Origin: Anaerolineae bacterium
GTDB lineage: Bacteria; Chloroflexota; Anaerolineae; UBA3071
Length of the DNA stretch: 64,000 nt
Direction: 5' to 3'
Assembly (NCBI GenBank): GCA_029907105.1
Contig: JARYMM010000002.1
Coordinates: 18,992-82,991 of the forward strand
The translations under genes were made by a program, and so were the position numbers. Below are positions 9,259 to 18,397 of the stretch, piece by piece. The notes below the pieces were generated by a model. It worked only from the letters and a program-made list of their open reading frames with translations, searched no databases and was not told the DNA's origin. Position 1 is the first letter of the stretch; each line of letters opens with the position of its first letter.

Positions 9259-9503
9259 CTCTTTTCCTCACCCCTTGCTCTTTTCCCTACAGCTAACGCG
9301 ATTTCAACAATCATCTGGACTCCGGCGAGATTAATTTCGCCGGGCTCGGTGGATTTTGTTCTGAGGGGATCGTCAGATCCCCGGTTTTGGCCTGCTACCC
9401 CATGATAATGAACCGCGGCGCACGCCTTATGAGTTTTCGGCCCGCTCACCTGGTTCGCTCCTGGAGTTTGGTGGATTGGGGATGGTGGGGGCCAGTCTCC
9501 GCT

Positions 9504-10619
9504 CTAGAAGTACGCTTCGTAGCCCTGGATTCTCAGTTCGTCGCGCATGAACTGTAGCTCCTGGCGCAGGTTGGGGTTCACGGGGATGCCCAGCCGCCGC
9601 CGTTCCTGCTCCATCTCGTATTCCTTCTCGCCGGCGACGTAGATGCGATCGTGCCCCGGCCATTTGCGGGAAGCCTGCAGGTTGCGCATGATCTGGCCGG
9701 TGATGCGGCGGGAAAGCTCCAGCGGGATGAAGTGCTCGATGTCAATGGCCAGGAAGAAGTGCCCCAGCATGTAAGGCCTCCGGCTGCCATCGGGGGCCAG
9801 GCCCAGCAGGTCCTTCAGGAACATGCCGCCCGATAGCGAGGCGGAGAGGATCTCCACCATCGTCGCCAGCCCGTAACCCTTGTGTCCTCCCATCTCCTCG
9901 CCGGCGCCGCCCAGCGGCAGCAACGCCGCCGTTGCCTGACCAAACCTCTCCAGGATCTCGGTGGGATCGGTGAGGGGCCGGCCCTCCGTGTCAATGACCC
10001 ATCCCTCCGGCACGGGCTTTTCGGCCCGCTCCAGCACCTCGATCTTGCCCCGCTGGGTGATGGGCGTGGCAGCGTCGTAGCAGAAGGGGTAGGGCAGGTC
10101 CGAAGGCGCGGCGAAGGCGATGGGATTGGTGCCCAGCATGGGCTCCGTGCCAAACGTCGGCGCCATGGCCGGACGGGCATTGGTCACCGTGAAGCCCATC
10201 ATCCCCTCCCTGGCGGCCATCAGCGGATAGTAGCCGGCGATGCCGAAGTGCGTGCCGTTGCGTACGGCGACCGCACCCACCCCATACCGTCTAGCCTTGT
10301 CCATGGCCAGGCGCATGGCGCGATAGGCGATGACGTGACCCATGCCGTGCCCTCCGTCAAGCAGGGCTGTGGTTTCCGTCTCTTTGACCACGGCGATATG
10401 CGTCTGGGTGCGCTGGACGCCGGCGACGATGCGGTCGTAGTAGTACTTCAGCCGGGCCACGCCGTGCGACTCGATGCCCCGCAAATCTGACGTGATGAGC
10501 ACGTCGGCGCAGATGCGGGCGTCCTCTTCCGGCGTGCCCAGTGCCACGAAAACATCCACCATGAGCTGTTCGACCACTTCTACGGGGATTCTGATGATTT
10601 CGGTCATGGTTCTCCTCAC
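9504..10619 (-). CDS. Ldh_2 family (malate/L-lactate/ureidoglycolate-type) NAD(P)-dependent dehydrogenase
   Basis: Has VRNGTHFGIAGYY and LGTNPIAFAAP motifs, both typical of PF02615. Confidence 0.8.
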   Translation of the reverse strand: MRRTMTEIIRIPVEVVEQLMVDVFVALGTPEEDARICADVLITSDLRGIESHGVARLKYYYDRIVAGVQRTQTHIAVVKETETTALLDGGHGMGHVIAYRAMRLAMDKARRYGVGAVAVRNGTHFGIAGYYPLMAAREGMMGFTVTNARPAMAPTFGTEPMLGTNPIAFAAPSDLPYPFCYDAATPITQRGKIEVLERAEKPVPEGWVIDTEGRPLTDPTEILERFGQATAALLPLGGAGEEMGGHKGYGLATMVEILSASLSGGMFLKDLLGLAPDGSRRPYMLGHFFLAIDIEHFIPLELSRRITGQIMRNLQASRKWPGHDRIYVAGEKEYEMEQERRRLGIPVNPNLRQELQFMRDELRIQGYEAYF

Positions 10620-10696
10620 AGGCAGTCAGGGAAACAAGTAGACAAGGAAACGACGACGTCCAACGCCGAACACCCTGAACGCGCAATGCCGAACTC

Positions 10697-12115
10697 TCAG
10701 ACGACGTGCACCTTCATCAAGTCGGTCGTGCCCGGGACGCTGCCGGCGGACCCCGCCGTCACCACCACTACATCCCCCTCTTTCACAAAGCCATGCTCCT
10801 TGGCGGTCTGCACGGCGTCGGCGATGACCTCATCGGTGCTGTCGCTGCGGTGAGAGAGCAGGGGGTACACGCCCCAGTAGAGCATCAACTGGCGCTGGGT
10901 CACGGGGCTGGGGGTGACGGCCACGATGGGGCAGCAGGGCCGGAAACGGGAGAGGGTGCGCGCCGTGTAGCCGGAGACGGTGGGGGCGATGATGGCGGCG
11001 GCGTTGAGGTCCCGGGCCGTCTCGCAGGTGGCATGGCTTACCGCTTCGGCGATGCCGGCCGCCCGCGGTGGAACGACGCCCCGTGCCGCGCAACTGCCCA
11101 GGGCCTGCTCCGCCTGCTGAGCGATGCGGGCCATCGTCTGCACCGCCCGCAGGGGATATTGGCCCACGGCCGTCTCGCCGGAGAGCATGATGGCGTCGGT
11201 GCCGTCGAGGATGGCGTTGGCCACATCGCTGGCCTCGGCGCGGGTGGGCCGTGGGTTGCGGATCATGCTGTCCAGCATCTGCGTGGCCGTGATCACCGGT
11301 TTGCCGGCGGCGTTGCAGCGGGTGATGATCATCTTCTGCACCATGGGCACCGCTTCGGGCGAGGTCTCGATGCCCAGGTCGCCGCGGGCGACCATGATGC
11401 CGTCGGCGGCGGCGATGATGGCCTCGATGTTCTCCACCGCCTCCGGCTTTTCGATCTTGGCGATCACCGGCGGGCAGTGGCCAGAGCAGGAGAGCTCGCC
11501 GATCAGCGCTTTCAGGTCCAGCACTTCCTCTGCCGTGCGCACGAAGGAGAGGGCCACCCAGTCCACCTGCTGTTCCAGCGCGAAGCGCAGGTCGTCCCGG
11601 TCCTTGTCGGTGATGGCGGGAATACTCAGCGAGGCCCGGGGCAGATTGATGCCCTTGTTTGTCTGGAGCAGGCCGCCGGTGACCACCCGGCAGACCACTT
11701 CCCTGTCCACCGTGCGCAGCGCCTCCAGCTCGATCAGCCCATCGTCAATGAGGATGGGATCGCCCCTGGCTACCGCCTGCGGCAGCCTGGCGTACTGCAC
11801 CGGCACGCGTCCCGGCTGCCCGACGATGGACTCGGTGGTCAGGATGATCTCCTCACCAGCCCTGAGCGGCAGGCCCTCTTCTGGCATCTTCCCCACCCGC
11901 AGCCGGGGGCCTTGCAGGTCGGTGAGGATGGCCACGGGTTTGCCTGTTTCCACCGCCGCGGCGCGGATGCGGCGGATGTTTTCGCCGTGAACCTCCTGTC
12001 CGCCGTGGGAGAAGTTGAGGCGGGCCACATCCATGCCCGCCGCCATGAGTTGGGCCAGCATGGCCGGCTCCCGGCTGGCCGGGCCAATCGTGCAGACGAT
12101 TTTGGTGCGCAGCAT
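10697..12115 (-). CDS. pyk: pyruvate kinase
   Basis: Has MLRTKIVCTIGPAS...ARLNFSHG. ATG 12115 is preceded by AGGAGG. The longer upstream extension in the track is not supported. Confidence 0.9.
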   Translation of the reverse strand: MLRTKIVCTIGPASREPAMLAQLMAAGMDVARLNFSHGGQEVHGENIRRIRAAAVETGKPVAILTDLQGPRLRVGKMPEEGLPLRAGEEIILTTESIVGQPGRVPVQYARLPQAVARGDPILIDDGLIELEALRTVDREVVCRVVTGGLLQTNKGINLPRASLSIPAITDKDRDDLRFALEQQVDWVALSFVRTAEEVLDLKALIGELSCSGHCPPVIAKIEKPEAVENIEAIIAAADGIMVARGDLGIETSPEAVPMVQKMIITRCNAAGKPVITATQMLDSMIRNPRPTRAEASDVANAILDGTDAIMLSGETAVGQYPLRAVQTMARIAQQAEQALGSCAARGVVPPRAAGIAEAVSHATCETARDLNAAAIIAPTVSGYTARTLSRFRPCCPIVAVTPSPVTQRQLMLYWGVYPLLSHRSDSTDEVIADAVQTAKEHGFVKEGDVVVVTAGSAGSVPGTTDLMKVHVV

Positions 12116-12203
12116 AGGGTCCTCCTGGATCAGGCTGAGAATATGATAGCATAGTTTGCCGTGATTGTCCAATAGGACAGGGTTTCAGGGAGATTAAACG
12201 CTG

Positions 12204-12232
12204 TTGCCAGCTCAGCGAAAACGTGGTATACT
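12204..12232 (+). promoter_or_regulatory. sigma70-type promoter TTGCCA-17-TATACT for the LysM/L,D-transpeptidase gene, followed by a ~130-nt structured 5'UTR
   Basis: The -35 is at 12204..12209 and the -10 at 12227..12232. An inverted repeat in the 5'UTR, TCTTTCTAGCC...GGCTAGAAAGGA, can sequester the ribosome-binding site. Confidence 0.5.
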
Positions 12233-12368
12233 GGAGGCGGCAGAGCATCGCGTCTGGCCAGGTGGCCTTGTAGGGCTGTCTTTCTAGCCCGCCTGGCTGC
12301 CCAGCGCAGGCCAGAGGGCCTGCCCATTCTCGCTCTGATGATCTGCAGAGGCTAGAAAGGAGATGGTG

Positions 12369-13364
12369 ATGAACGTTAAAATATCGCGCTGGCTCCCTAT
12401 GATTGTGTTGGCCTTGAGCCTGGTCATCTCGAGCGCGCCCGCCGCCGCGCAGGGCTCTACGGTGCACGTGGTACAAAGAGGCGAGACGCTGTCGCAGATC
12501 GCCCTGCGCTACGGCACCACGGTCAGCGCGCTGATGCAGGCCAACGGGCTGAGCAACGCCAACTTCATCTGGTGGGGGCAGCGGCTGCACATCCCCGGCG
12601 GCGCCGGCGCGCCGTCGGCCTCCACGCCGTCCACTGTCCAGGGCTACCACGTGGTGCAGCGAGGCGAGACGCTCTCACAGATCGCCCTGCGCTACGGCAC
12701 CACGGTCAGCGCGCTGATGCAGGCCAACGGGCTGAGCAACGCCAACTTCATCTGGTGGGGGCAGCGGCTGCACATCCCCGGCGGCGCCGGCGCGCCGTCG
12801 GCCTCCACGCCGTCCACTGTCCAGGGCTACCACGTGGTGCAGCGAGGTGAGACGCTCTCACAGATCGCCCGGCGCTACGGCACGACGATCAATGCCCTGA
12901 TGCAGGCCAACGGGCTGGGCAATGCCGATTTCATCTACGTTGGACAGCGGCTGCGCATCCCTGCCGGCGGCAGCGCGCCGGCATCCAATCCGTCCGTCTC
13001 CGCTCCGACCGGCGGCAAATGGATTGACATTGACCTGAGCAGCCAATGGTTGACAGCCTATGTGGGGGATACGGCGGTGTTCAGCACCGCGGTGAGCACG
13101 GGGCTGCCGGGCACGCCGACGCCGGTAGGACGTTACAGCATCCGCTATAAGGTGGCTTCGACGACCATGTCTGGCCCCGGCTACTACCTGCCCGGCGTGC
13201 CATGGGTGATGTCTTTCTCCAGCGGCTACACCATTCACGGCACCTACTGGCACAATAACTTTGGCCATCCCATGAGCCACGGCTGCGTGAACATGCGCGT
13301 CTCCGAGGCGCAATGGCTCTATAACTGGGCGCCCGTGGGCACGCCGGTCGTCATACACTGGTAA
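12369..13364 (+). CDS. secreted LysM-repeat (x3) L,D-transpeptidase (YkuD domain)
   Basis: Has a signal peptide, three LysM modules (VHVVQRGETLSQIA...) and a C-terminal HGCVNM catalytic motif. Confidence 0.85.
   Translation: MNVKISRWLPMIVLALSLVISSAPAAAQGSTVHVVQRGETLSQIALRYGTTVSALMQANGLSNANFIWWGQRLHIPGGAGAPSASTPSTVQGYHVVQRGETLSQIALRYGTTVSALMQANGLSNANFIWWGQRLHIPGGAGAPSASTPSTVQGYHVVQRGETLSQIARRYGTTINALMQANGLGNADFIYVGQRLRIPAGGSAPASNPSVSAPTGGKWIDIDLSSQWLTAYVGDTAVFSTAVSTGLPGTPTPVGRYSIRYKVASTTMSGPGYYLPGVPWVMSFSSGYTIHGTYWHNNFGHPMSHGCVNMRVSEAQWLYNWAPVGTPVVIHW
12465..12830 (+). repeat. near-perfect 183-bp tandem duplication (2 units plus a diverged third) inside the LysM L,D-transpeptidase gene, each unit encoding one LysM module
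   Basis: Units 12465..12647 and 12648..12830 differ at only a handful of positions. A third unit starting at 12831 is diverged. Confidence 0.9.
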
Positions 13365-13438
13365 CGTGGACAACCCTGTGGAATGCACCGGCTCTGCTGG
13401 TGCAGGGGGTCAACTCCTTACAGCCATCAGACGGTGAG

Positions 13439-14362
13439 TCAGCGAAACTGCGGGTCGCTTTTCAGCAATAGCCGCAGGCCCGTTTCCAGGTCCACCTGGG
13501 GCTGGTAACCGAGCAGCGCCCTGGCGCGGTGCAGGTCGGCCACCATGCGTCTGATGCCGCCGCTCTGCTGCTCGTTGGTGATCACGTTCGCCTTGCGCCC
13601 GGTGATCTGCAGGACCAGATGGGCCAGGTCGTTGATGCTGACCTCCTGGCCGGACCCGACGTTGATGATCTGACGGTCCACGGCCGGTGCAGTGGCCGCG
13701 GCGACGAGGGCATCCACAACGTCATCAATGTAGACGAAATCGCGTCGCTGCTGCCCGTCGCCGAAGATGACCAGCGAGCCTCCGCTCAGAGCCTGCTTCA
13801 GGAATTGGGGAACCACGGGGGGATGAGAAGGGGGAATGGCCTGCCAGCGTCCGTAGGCGTTGAAGATGCGCAAGGCGACCGTCTCGATGCCGTACAGCGC
13901 CCCCAGAGTGAACAGATAGTGCTCGGCGGCGATTTTGGTCACGGCATAAGGCACCAGCGGATGGGGGCGCATCTCCTCGTGCAGGGGTTGCCGGCTCTGC
14001 TCGCCGTAGACCGTGGCCGAGGAGGCCAGGATCACTCGCTGCACACCCACGTCACGCATGGCCTCCATCAGGCTTACCGTGCCGCCCACGTTGACGTCGT
14101 TGTACTCCCGTGGGAAGAGCACCGATTCGGGCACCGACACCCGGGCCGCCAGGTGAAAGACGCACTCCACGTCTTGCAACAGCGTCCAAAGCTTGGGGCG
14201 GTCTCTCACGTCGCCGCGAGTGAAGAGCACCTGCGGCCTGAGCCGCTGACGGTCGCCAGCGCTGAGGTCGTCGAGCACGCGCACGTGATGGCCCTCGGCC
14301 ACCAGGCGGTTGGCCAGGTTGGCGCCGATGAAGCCGGCACCGCCGGTGATGAGCACACGCAT
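13439..14362 (-). CDS. NAD-dependent epimerase/dehydratase (UDP-glucose 4-epimerase-like SDR)
   Basis: MRVLITGGAGFIG Rossmann motif at the N-terminus. Confidence 0.8.
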   Translation of the reverse strand: MRVLITGGAGFIGANLANRLVAEGHHVRVLDDLSAGDRQRLRPQVLFTRGDVRDRPKLWTLLQDVECVFHLAARVSVPESVLFPREYNDVNVGGTVSLMEAMRDVGVQRVILASSATVYGEQSRQPLHEEMRPHPLVPYAVTKIAAEHYLFTLGALYGIETVALRIFNAYGRWQAIPPSHPPVVPQFLKQALSGGSLVIFGDGQQRRDFVYIDDVVDALVAAATAPAVDRQIINVGSGQEVSINDLAHLVLQITGRKANVITNEQQSGGIRRMVADLHRARALLGYQPQVDLETGLRLLLKSDPQFR

Positions 14363-14517
14363 GTAATCGCCAACTCCTTGCCGATGAGACTCGGTAGATA
14401 GAATGGCTCCGCCAGGATCGCCAGTCCTGGCGAAAAGCGGAGGTCTGGCGATCCCCTCGGAGCAGGTTTCCATCCACTGAGGCTTGGGCGGCCGCTCAGG
14501 GTAAGCCGCCTGCCGAC

Positions 14518-14546
14518 ATTATAGCATAGAGGTCATCCTGCCGGAA
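14518..14546 (-). promoter_or_regulatory. extended -10 promoter (TGCTATAAT on the minus strand) upstream of the epimerase gene
   Basis: Plus-strand ATTATAGCA at 14518..14526. The -35 is weak. Confidence 0.4.
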
Positions 14547-14647
14547 ATCCTCAACCTCAAACTCGAAACCTCAAATCCCGGTCTCGTCCTCTGGCGAGTC
14601 TGGCGGGCGTAGCGGTTTTGAAGTTTGGATTTTGAGGTTTGAAGTTC
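14545..14647. repeat. heptamer-periodic palindromic element (family F1), full hairpin copy
   Basis: Left arm AAATCCT CAACCTC AAACTCG AAACCTC AAATCCC at 14545..14579. A 35-nt centre follows. The inverted right arm GTTTTGA AGTTTGG ATTTTGA GGTTTGA AGTTC at 14615..14647 ends directly at ATG 14648. Confidence 0.8.
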
Positions 14648-17113
14648 ATGTGGGATGTGTTCATTGCCGACGCTGAGCAGCCCCCGGACCCGCTCTGGGT
14701 GGCCGAGCGTCCATCCTGGCGGGAGGAGTTATTGCGCGCCTATGTGGAGGAGTTCAGTACGCCCGGCGCGCTGCTGCTGGACCCCTTTGCCCGCCATCCG
14801 GCCTTGCTGCGGGTAGCCCGGGCGACAGGGCGACGCGTCCTGGCCTCCAACTTCGACCCCCTGCCCCTGCTCCAGATCCGCCTGAGCCTCTCGCCGCCAC
14901 CGCCGCGAGCCCTGGACAGCATCGTCTCCCGCCTGGCCGACGCGCCCAAGGCGGGCAAACCCCTCTTCCGCCATCTTGACGACCTCTATCGCATCTACTG
15001 CCCGCGCTGTCAGCGTGTCCTGGCGGCCGATTACTTCGTCTGGGAAGGAGGCGTACCGGTAGAAAAGGGCTTTCATTGTGCCCGGTGTGGGGAGGAAGGC
15101 GCCGCGCCGATGACCGCCCAGGACCTGGACATCCAGGTCGCCGTGGAGGAGAAAGGCGTGACCTATTGGTGGCTGCGGCAGCGGCTGGCCGATGCGGAGA
15201 ATGAAGAGTTCGGCAAGCGGGTGGCGGAGCTTCTCGATCTGTACACGCCGCGCAACCGCTATGCTCTCGCCGAGCTGATGCTGCAGGCCGAGACTCTCTT
15301 CCTCCCCAAAGAGAAAGCGGCCCTGGAGATCATCCAGGGCCTCTGCCTGGCCTGCCTGCAACGGTGCCACTCCCTGCACAGCGAGGCCGGGCAACCCACC
15401 TTCCCCCATTCGCTGCACCGGCCGGAGCGCTTTGTGGAGCGCAACGTCTGGCGGACGTTCGAGGCCGCCTATCGCACGCTGCGAAGCTGGCCCGAGGCGC
15501 CTCCGGCCACCTGGGCGGCCAGCCTGCCGGCGTTGTTTCAACCTGTTCCTGGCCCGGACTTTGGCCCGATGCTGACCCTGCATCGTACCAGCCGCCTGCT
15601 GGTCGAGGCGTTAAGGCCATATCCCCGCCTCAGCCTCATCTGCACCGACCCGCCGCGTCCCTCCCTGGTTGCCCACACCCTGGCCTTTCTCTGGAGTGGC
15701 TGGCTTTTGGGGAGGGAAGCGACGCAGCCCTTGCGCCCGTTGCTGCGGCGGCGCACTGCGGACTGGGAGTGGTACAGCGAGGCCATGGCCGGCGTCTTCG
15801 GGGCGCTGAGCCGCCTGCTGGCCGATGGCGGGCGGTTGCTCCTGGCTTTCACCGCTGAGGAGGAGAGGCTGCTGCCGGCGCTGCTCTTGGCCGCAGCGCG
15901 GGCCGATCTGGCCCTGGAGCACAGTGTCTACCAGTTTCAGGGCGAGGGGGTTCGCGGTGAGCGCGTAACCTGCCGGCTGCTTTTCCGCCGTCATCCCCGG
16001 CCGCTTCGCCGGTCATCCGAGTCGGAAGAGGCGGTCAAACGCTGGGCGGAGGACAGCGCGCCCACATTTCAGGAAGAAGGGGCAAAGGCGGCCCGGGCGG
16101 CGCTGCGAGCTCGAGGGGAGCCGGCCTTCCCCTCCTGGCTGCAGGCGGCCATCGTCACCCACTGGGGCAGCAGTGGGCTGCTGCGAACCGTGCCGCTCCG
16201 CACCTGGTCCTTCAGGCCGCTGTCCTGGCTGATGCGCCAGGTGAAAGCGGTGATGCCGGCCGAAGGGCTGGCGCCGGGTGGGTTGCAGTGGCTGGCGCCG
16301 GGGGCGGAATCGGAAGGCAGGCCCGCTCTGGCCGCCTGTTGCTGGCTGGCCGATCCCTCGTCGGCCGCCGAGCCACTGAGCCAGCGGGTGGAACTGGCCA
16401 TGGCCGACCTGCTGCAGAGGGTCGAACCCTGGCCATGGATGGAATTGCACGATGCGCTGTGCCGCCGGTTCCGCGGCCTGTTGACGCCGGATCGCCCCTT
16501 GCTGGAGGCGTGCATCGCCTCCTACGGCCAGGAGCTGAGCACCGGCTCTTGGCAGTTGCGGCCGGAAGACCGGCCCCCGGCGCGGGCCGAAGCGCGCCGC
16601 CAGATGGTCCAGTTACTGGTGCAGACCGGGCAACGCCTGGGTTTCGACGTCTGGCTGGCGGAGGGGGAGCGACCAGGAGACAGGGAGACAAGGGGACAAG
16701 GAGACAGGGGAGAAGTCACCTTGTCACCCCCTCCCCTTGGCGCCTCCTCCCCTCTGGAAGTGGTCTGGCATGAGGGCGGCGTGCCGGCCTATGGCTTCGC
16801 TCTGAGCGACACGGCGGCGCTTGCGCCGTGGCTGGAGCCGCTGCCGCCTGCGCTGGCCGATGTTCCCCGCTACATCGTCGTGCCCGGCGGGCGCAGCGGG
16901 CTGCTGGCCTTCAAGCTGCGCTGCTGTCCCGCCTGGCGCCGCCAACTGGAGGCGCACGGTTGGATGTTCGTCAAGCAGCGTCACCTGCGCCGCCTGGCCG
17001 AGGCGGAGGACCTGGACCGCGCCGGCTGGCAGGCGCGTATCGGGCTGGACCCCATTGTGGAGCGAAGCGAGGAACAACTGGCATTATTTGAAACCACCGA
17101 TCTCCACGGATGA
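14648..17113 (+). CDS. large hypothetical protein with a degenerate N-terminal methyltransferase-like motif and a C4 zinc ribbon; very Arg/Ala/Leu-rich
   Basis: LLLDPFARHPALL resembles MTase motif I (DPFxGSGT) but lacks the glycines. Zinc ribbon CPRCQ...CARCG. 821 aa. An alternative TTG start at 14639 lies inside the repeat arm. Confidence 0.6.
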   Translation: MWDVFIADAEQPPDPLWVAERPSWREELLRAYVEEFSTPGALLLDPFARHPALLRVARATGRRVLASNFDPLPLLQIRLSLSPPPPRALDSIVSRLADAPKAGKPLFRHLDDLYRIYCPRCQRVLAADYFVWEGGVPVEKGFHCARCGEEGAAPMTAQDLDIQVAVEEKGVTYWWLRQRLADAENEEFGKRVAELLDLYTPRNRYALAELMLQAETLFLPKEKAALEIIQGLCLACLQRCHSLHSEAGQPTFPHSLHRPERFVERNVWRTFEAAYRTLRSWPEAPPATWAASLPALFQPVPGPDFGPMLTLHRTSRLLVEALRPYPRLSLICTDPPRPSLVAHTLAFLWSGWLLGREATQPLRPLLRRRTADWEWYSEAMAGVFGALSRLLADGGRLLLAFTAEEERLLPALLLAAARADLALEHSVYQFQGEGVRGERVTCRLLFRRHPRPLRRSSESEEAVKRWAEDSAPTFQEEGAKAARAALRARGEPAFPSWLQAAIVTHWGSSGLLRTVPLRTWSFRPLSWLMRQVKAVMPAEGLAPGGLQWLAPGAESEGRPALAACCWLADPSSAAEPLSQRVELAMADLLQRVEPWPWMELHDALCRRFRGLLTPDRPLLEACIASYGQELSTGSWQLRPEDRPPARAEARRQMVQLLVQTGQRLGFDVWLAEGERPGDRETRGQGDRGEVTLSPPPLGASSPLEVVWHEGGVPAYGFALSDTAALAPWLEPLPPALADVPRYIVVPGGRSGLLAFKLRCCPAWRRQLEAHGWMFVKQRHLRRLAEAEDLDRAGWQARIGLDPIVERSEEQLALFETTDLHG
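16671..16720 (+). repeat. GGAGACAAGGGGACAAGGAGACA-type repeat (family F3), in-frame inside the 824-aa gene (encodes ...ERPGDRETRGQGDRGE...)
   Basis: Shares a 20-nt identity with the reverse complement of 55831..55872. Confidence 0.7.
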
Positions 17114-17198
17114 CACGGAGGCGGGCGGTTGGTAACGTCCGTGATGCCTGGCCTTTGGGTCGTAAGTGCCGCCGGGTGCATTTCAGTTTTTTGGAAAT

Positions 17199-17328
17199 GT
17201 CATTGCGAGCCGAAGGCGAAGCAATCTCCTGCCAGCTAGTGGGAGATTGCCCTTCGGCAAAGCTCAGGGCAGGCTTCGGCACAAACCATGCCCTGAGCGC
17301 AGCGAATGGGGGCGTGCCTCGCAATGAC
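17199..17328. repeat. MITE-like element (family F2) with 12-bp terminal inverted repeats GTCATTGCGAGC...CTCGCAATGAC and an internal hairpin GCAATCTCC/GGAGATTGC
   Basis: The same termini and a GAAGCAATC internal motif recur at 20721..20825. Confidence 0.75.
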
Positions 17329-17493
17329 ACAGGCCAGGTTGGCTCTCGCTCTCGCCACTAAAGTGAAATACACCCGTGCCGCCTTGATGTTTGTGCCCGG
17401 CGGGCAGATGTGCTAAAATAGATGTGCAATACCCGATAGCGGATACCAGACTGGAGGTGGAGACTGAATTCGACAGCATTAGCCCATAGGATT

Positions 17494-17808
17494 GTGGAAC
17501 TGGTGGAGGAGAAGCAGGCCGAGGACATCGTCCTGCTCGACCTGCGCCAGGTGTCCATCCTTGCCGACTATTTCGTGATCTGCTCGGCCACGACGGAACG
17601 GCAGACGAGGGCCATCATTGACGCCCTGAGCGAGGACATCCGAAAGGAAGGGGTGCGGCCACTCCACGTGGAAGGGGAGATGGGCAGCGGCTGGCTGCTG
17701 GTGGACTATGGCAGCGTCATCGTACATGTTTTCGCCCCTGTGCAGCGGGCCTACTACCAACTGGAGGGGCTATGGCAGCATGCGGCCATGGTGGTGAAGA
17801 TCCAGTGA
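17494..17808 (+). CDS. rsfS: ribosomal silencing factor RsfS (Iojap family)
   Basis: Has DIVLLDLRQVSILADYFVICS. GTG start. Confidence 0.75.
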   Translation: MELVEEKQAEDIVLLDLRQVSILADYFVICSATTERQTRAIIDALSEDIRKEGVRPLHVEGEMGSGWLLVDYGSVIVHVFAPVQRAYYQLEGLWQHAAMVVKIQ

Positions 17809-17911
17809 ACGAGGGATGAGGGGCGAGGCCCCAGCACGCAGAGGAGGATGTGCAAAGAACCCCGCGTCAGGCAATGACGCGGGGTTCTTTCGTACACCGA
17901 CAGCGGACAGC

Positions 17912-18361
17912 CTACTCGAAGATCCAACGGTCCGTGTCCCGTGACCAGGAGATCAGCTCAGCCTGGTCGAAGAAGAGGGCCACTTCGAAGGCGGCCGTCT
18001 CCGGGCCATCGGAGCCGTGCACCAGATTGCGCCCCACCTCCAGGGCGAAGTCGGCGCGGATGGTGCCCGGCGCAGCCTCGGCCGGCCTGGTTGCGCCCAG
18101 CGTTCGCCGCACGATCTCGATGGCTTCTCGTCCTTCCAGGACCATCACCACTACGGGGGCAGAGGTGATGTAGCGGATCAGGCCGGGGAAGAAGGGCTTG
18201 CCCTCGTGGACGGCATAGTGCCGTCGGGCCAGCGCTTCGTCTATCTGCATGAGCTTCAGGCCCACAATCTTCAGGCCGCGTCGCTCCAGACGGCTGATGA
18301 TCTCGCCGATCAGGCCACGTTGCACGGCGTCGGGTTTGATGATGACCAGCGTACGTTCCAC
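17912..18361 (-). CDS. ndk: nucleoside diphosphate kinase
   Basis: Has [12 protein letters not shown] and NLVHGSD motifs. GTG start. Confidence 0.9.
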   Translation of the reverse strand: MERTLVIIKPDAVQRGLIGEIISRLERRGLKIVGLKLMQIDEALARRHYAVHEGKPFFPGLIRYITSAPVVVMVLEGREAIEIVRRTLGATRPAEAAPGTIRADFALEVGRNLVHGSDGPETAAFEVALFFDQAELISWSRDTDRWIFE

Positions 18362-18397
18362 GTTGTCGTTCCTCCTGAGTTGTTGTTAGCTGCGTGC

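Noticed and set aside
9259-9503. Non-coding AT-rich stretch checked for tRNA or small RNA
   Set aside because: No cloverleaf (no T-arm GTTCRANTC, no acceptor/CCA context) could be found. Only an isolated hairpin GGGGATC-GTCA-GATCCCC plus TTTTGG is present. Its role is unknown, so it is left unannotated.
10706-12154. Long antisense ORFs in the track (for example 10706..12154 +, 18017..19486 +, 56513..58603 +, 24283..25641 +, 29022..31496 -)
   Set aside because: They lie opposite clearly recognisable genes (pyk, deacetylase, BNR protein, GT39, photolyase). They are Arg/Gly/Pro-rich with no motifs, which is typical of stop-codon-poor antisense frames in high-GC DNA.
14545-14647. Heptamer-arm hairpins considered as integron attC sites
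   Set aside because: The arms do not carry the RYYYAAC/GTTRRRY core sites. No integron integrase or cassette array structure is present, and the only tyrosine recombinase is a chromosomal Xer-type.
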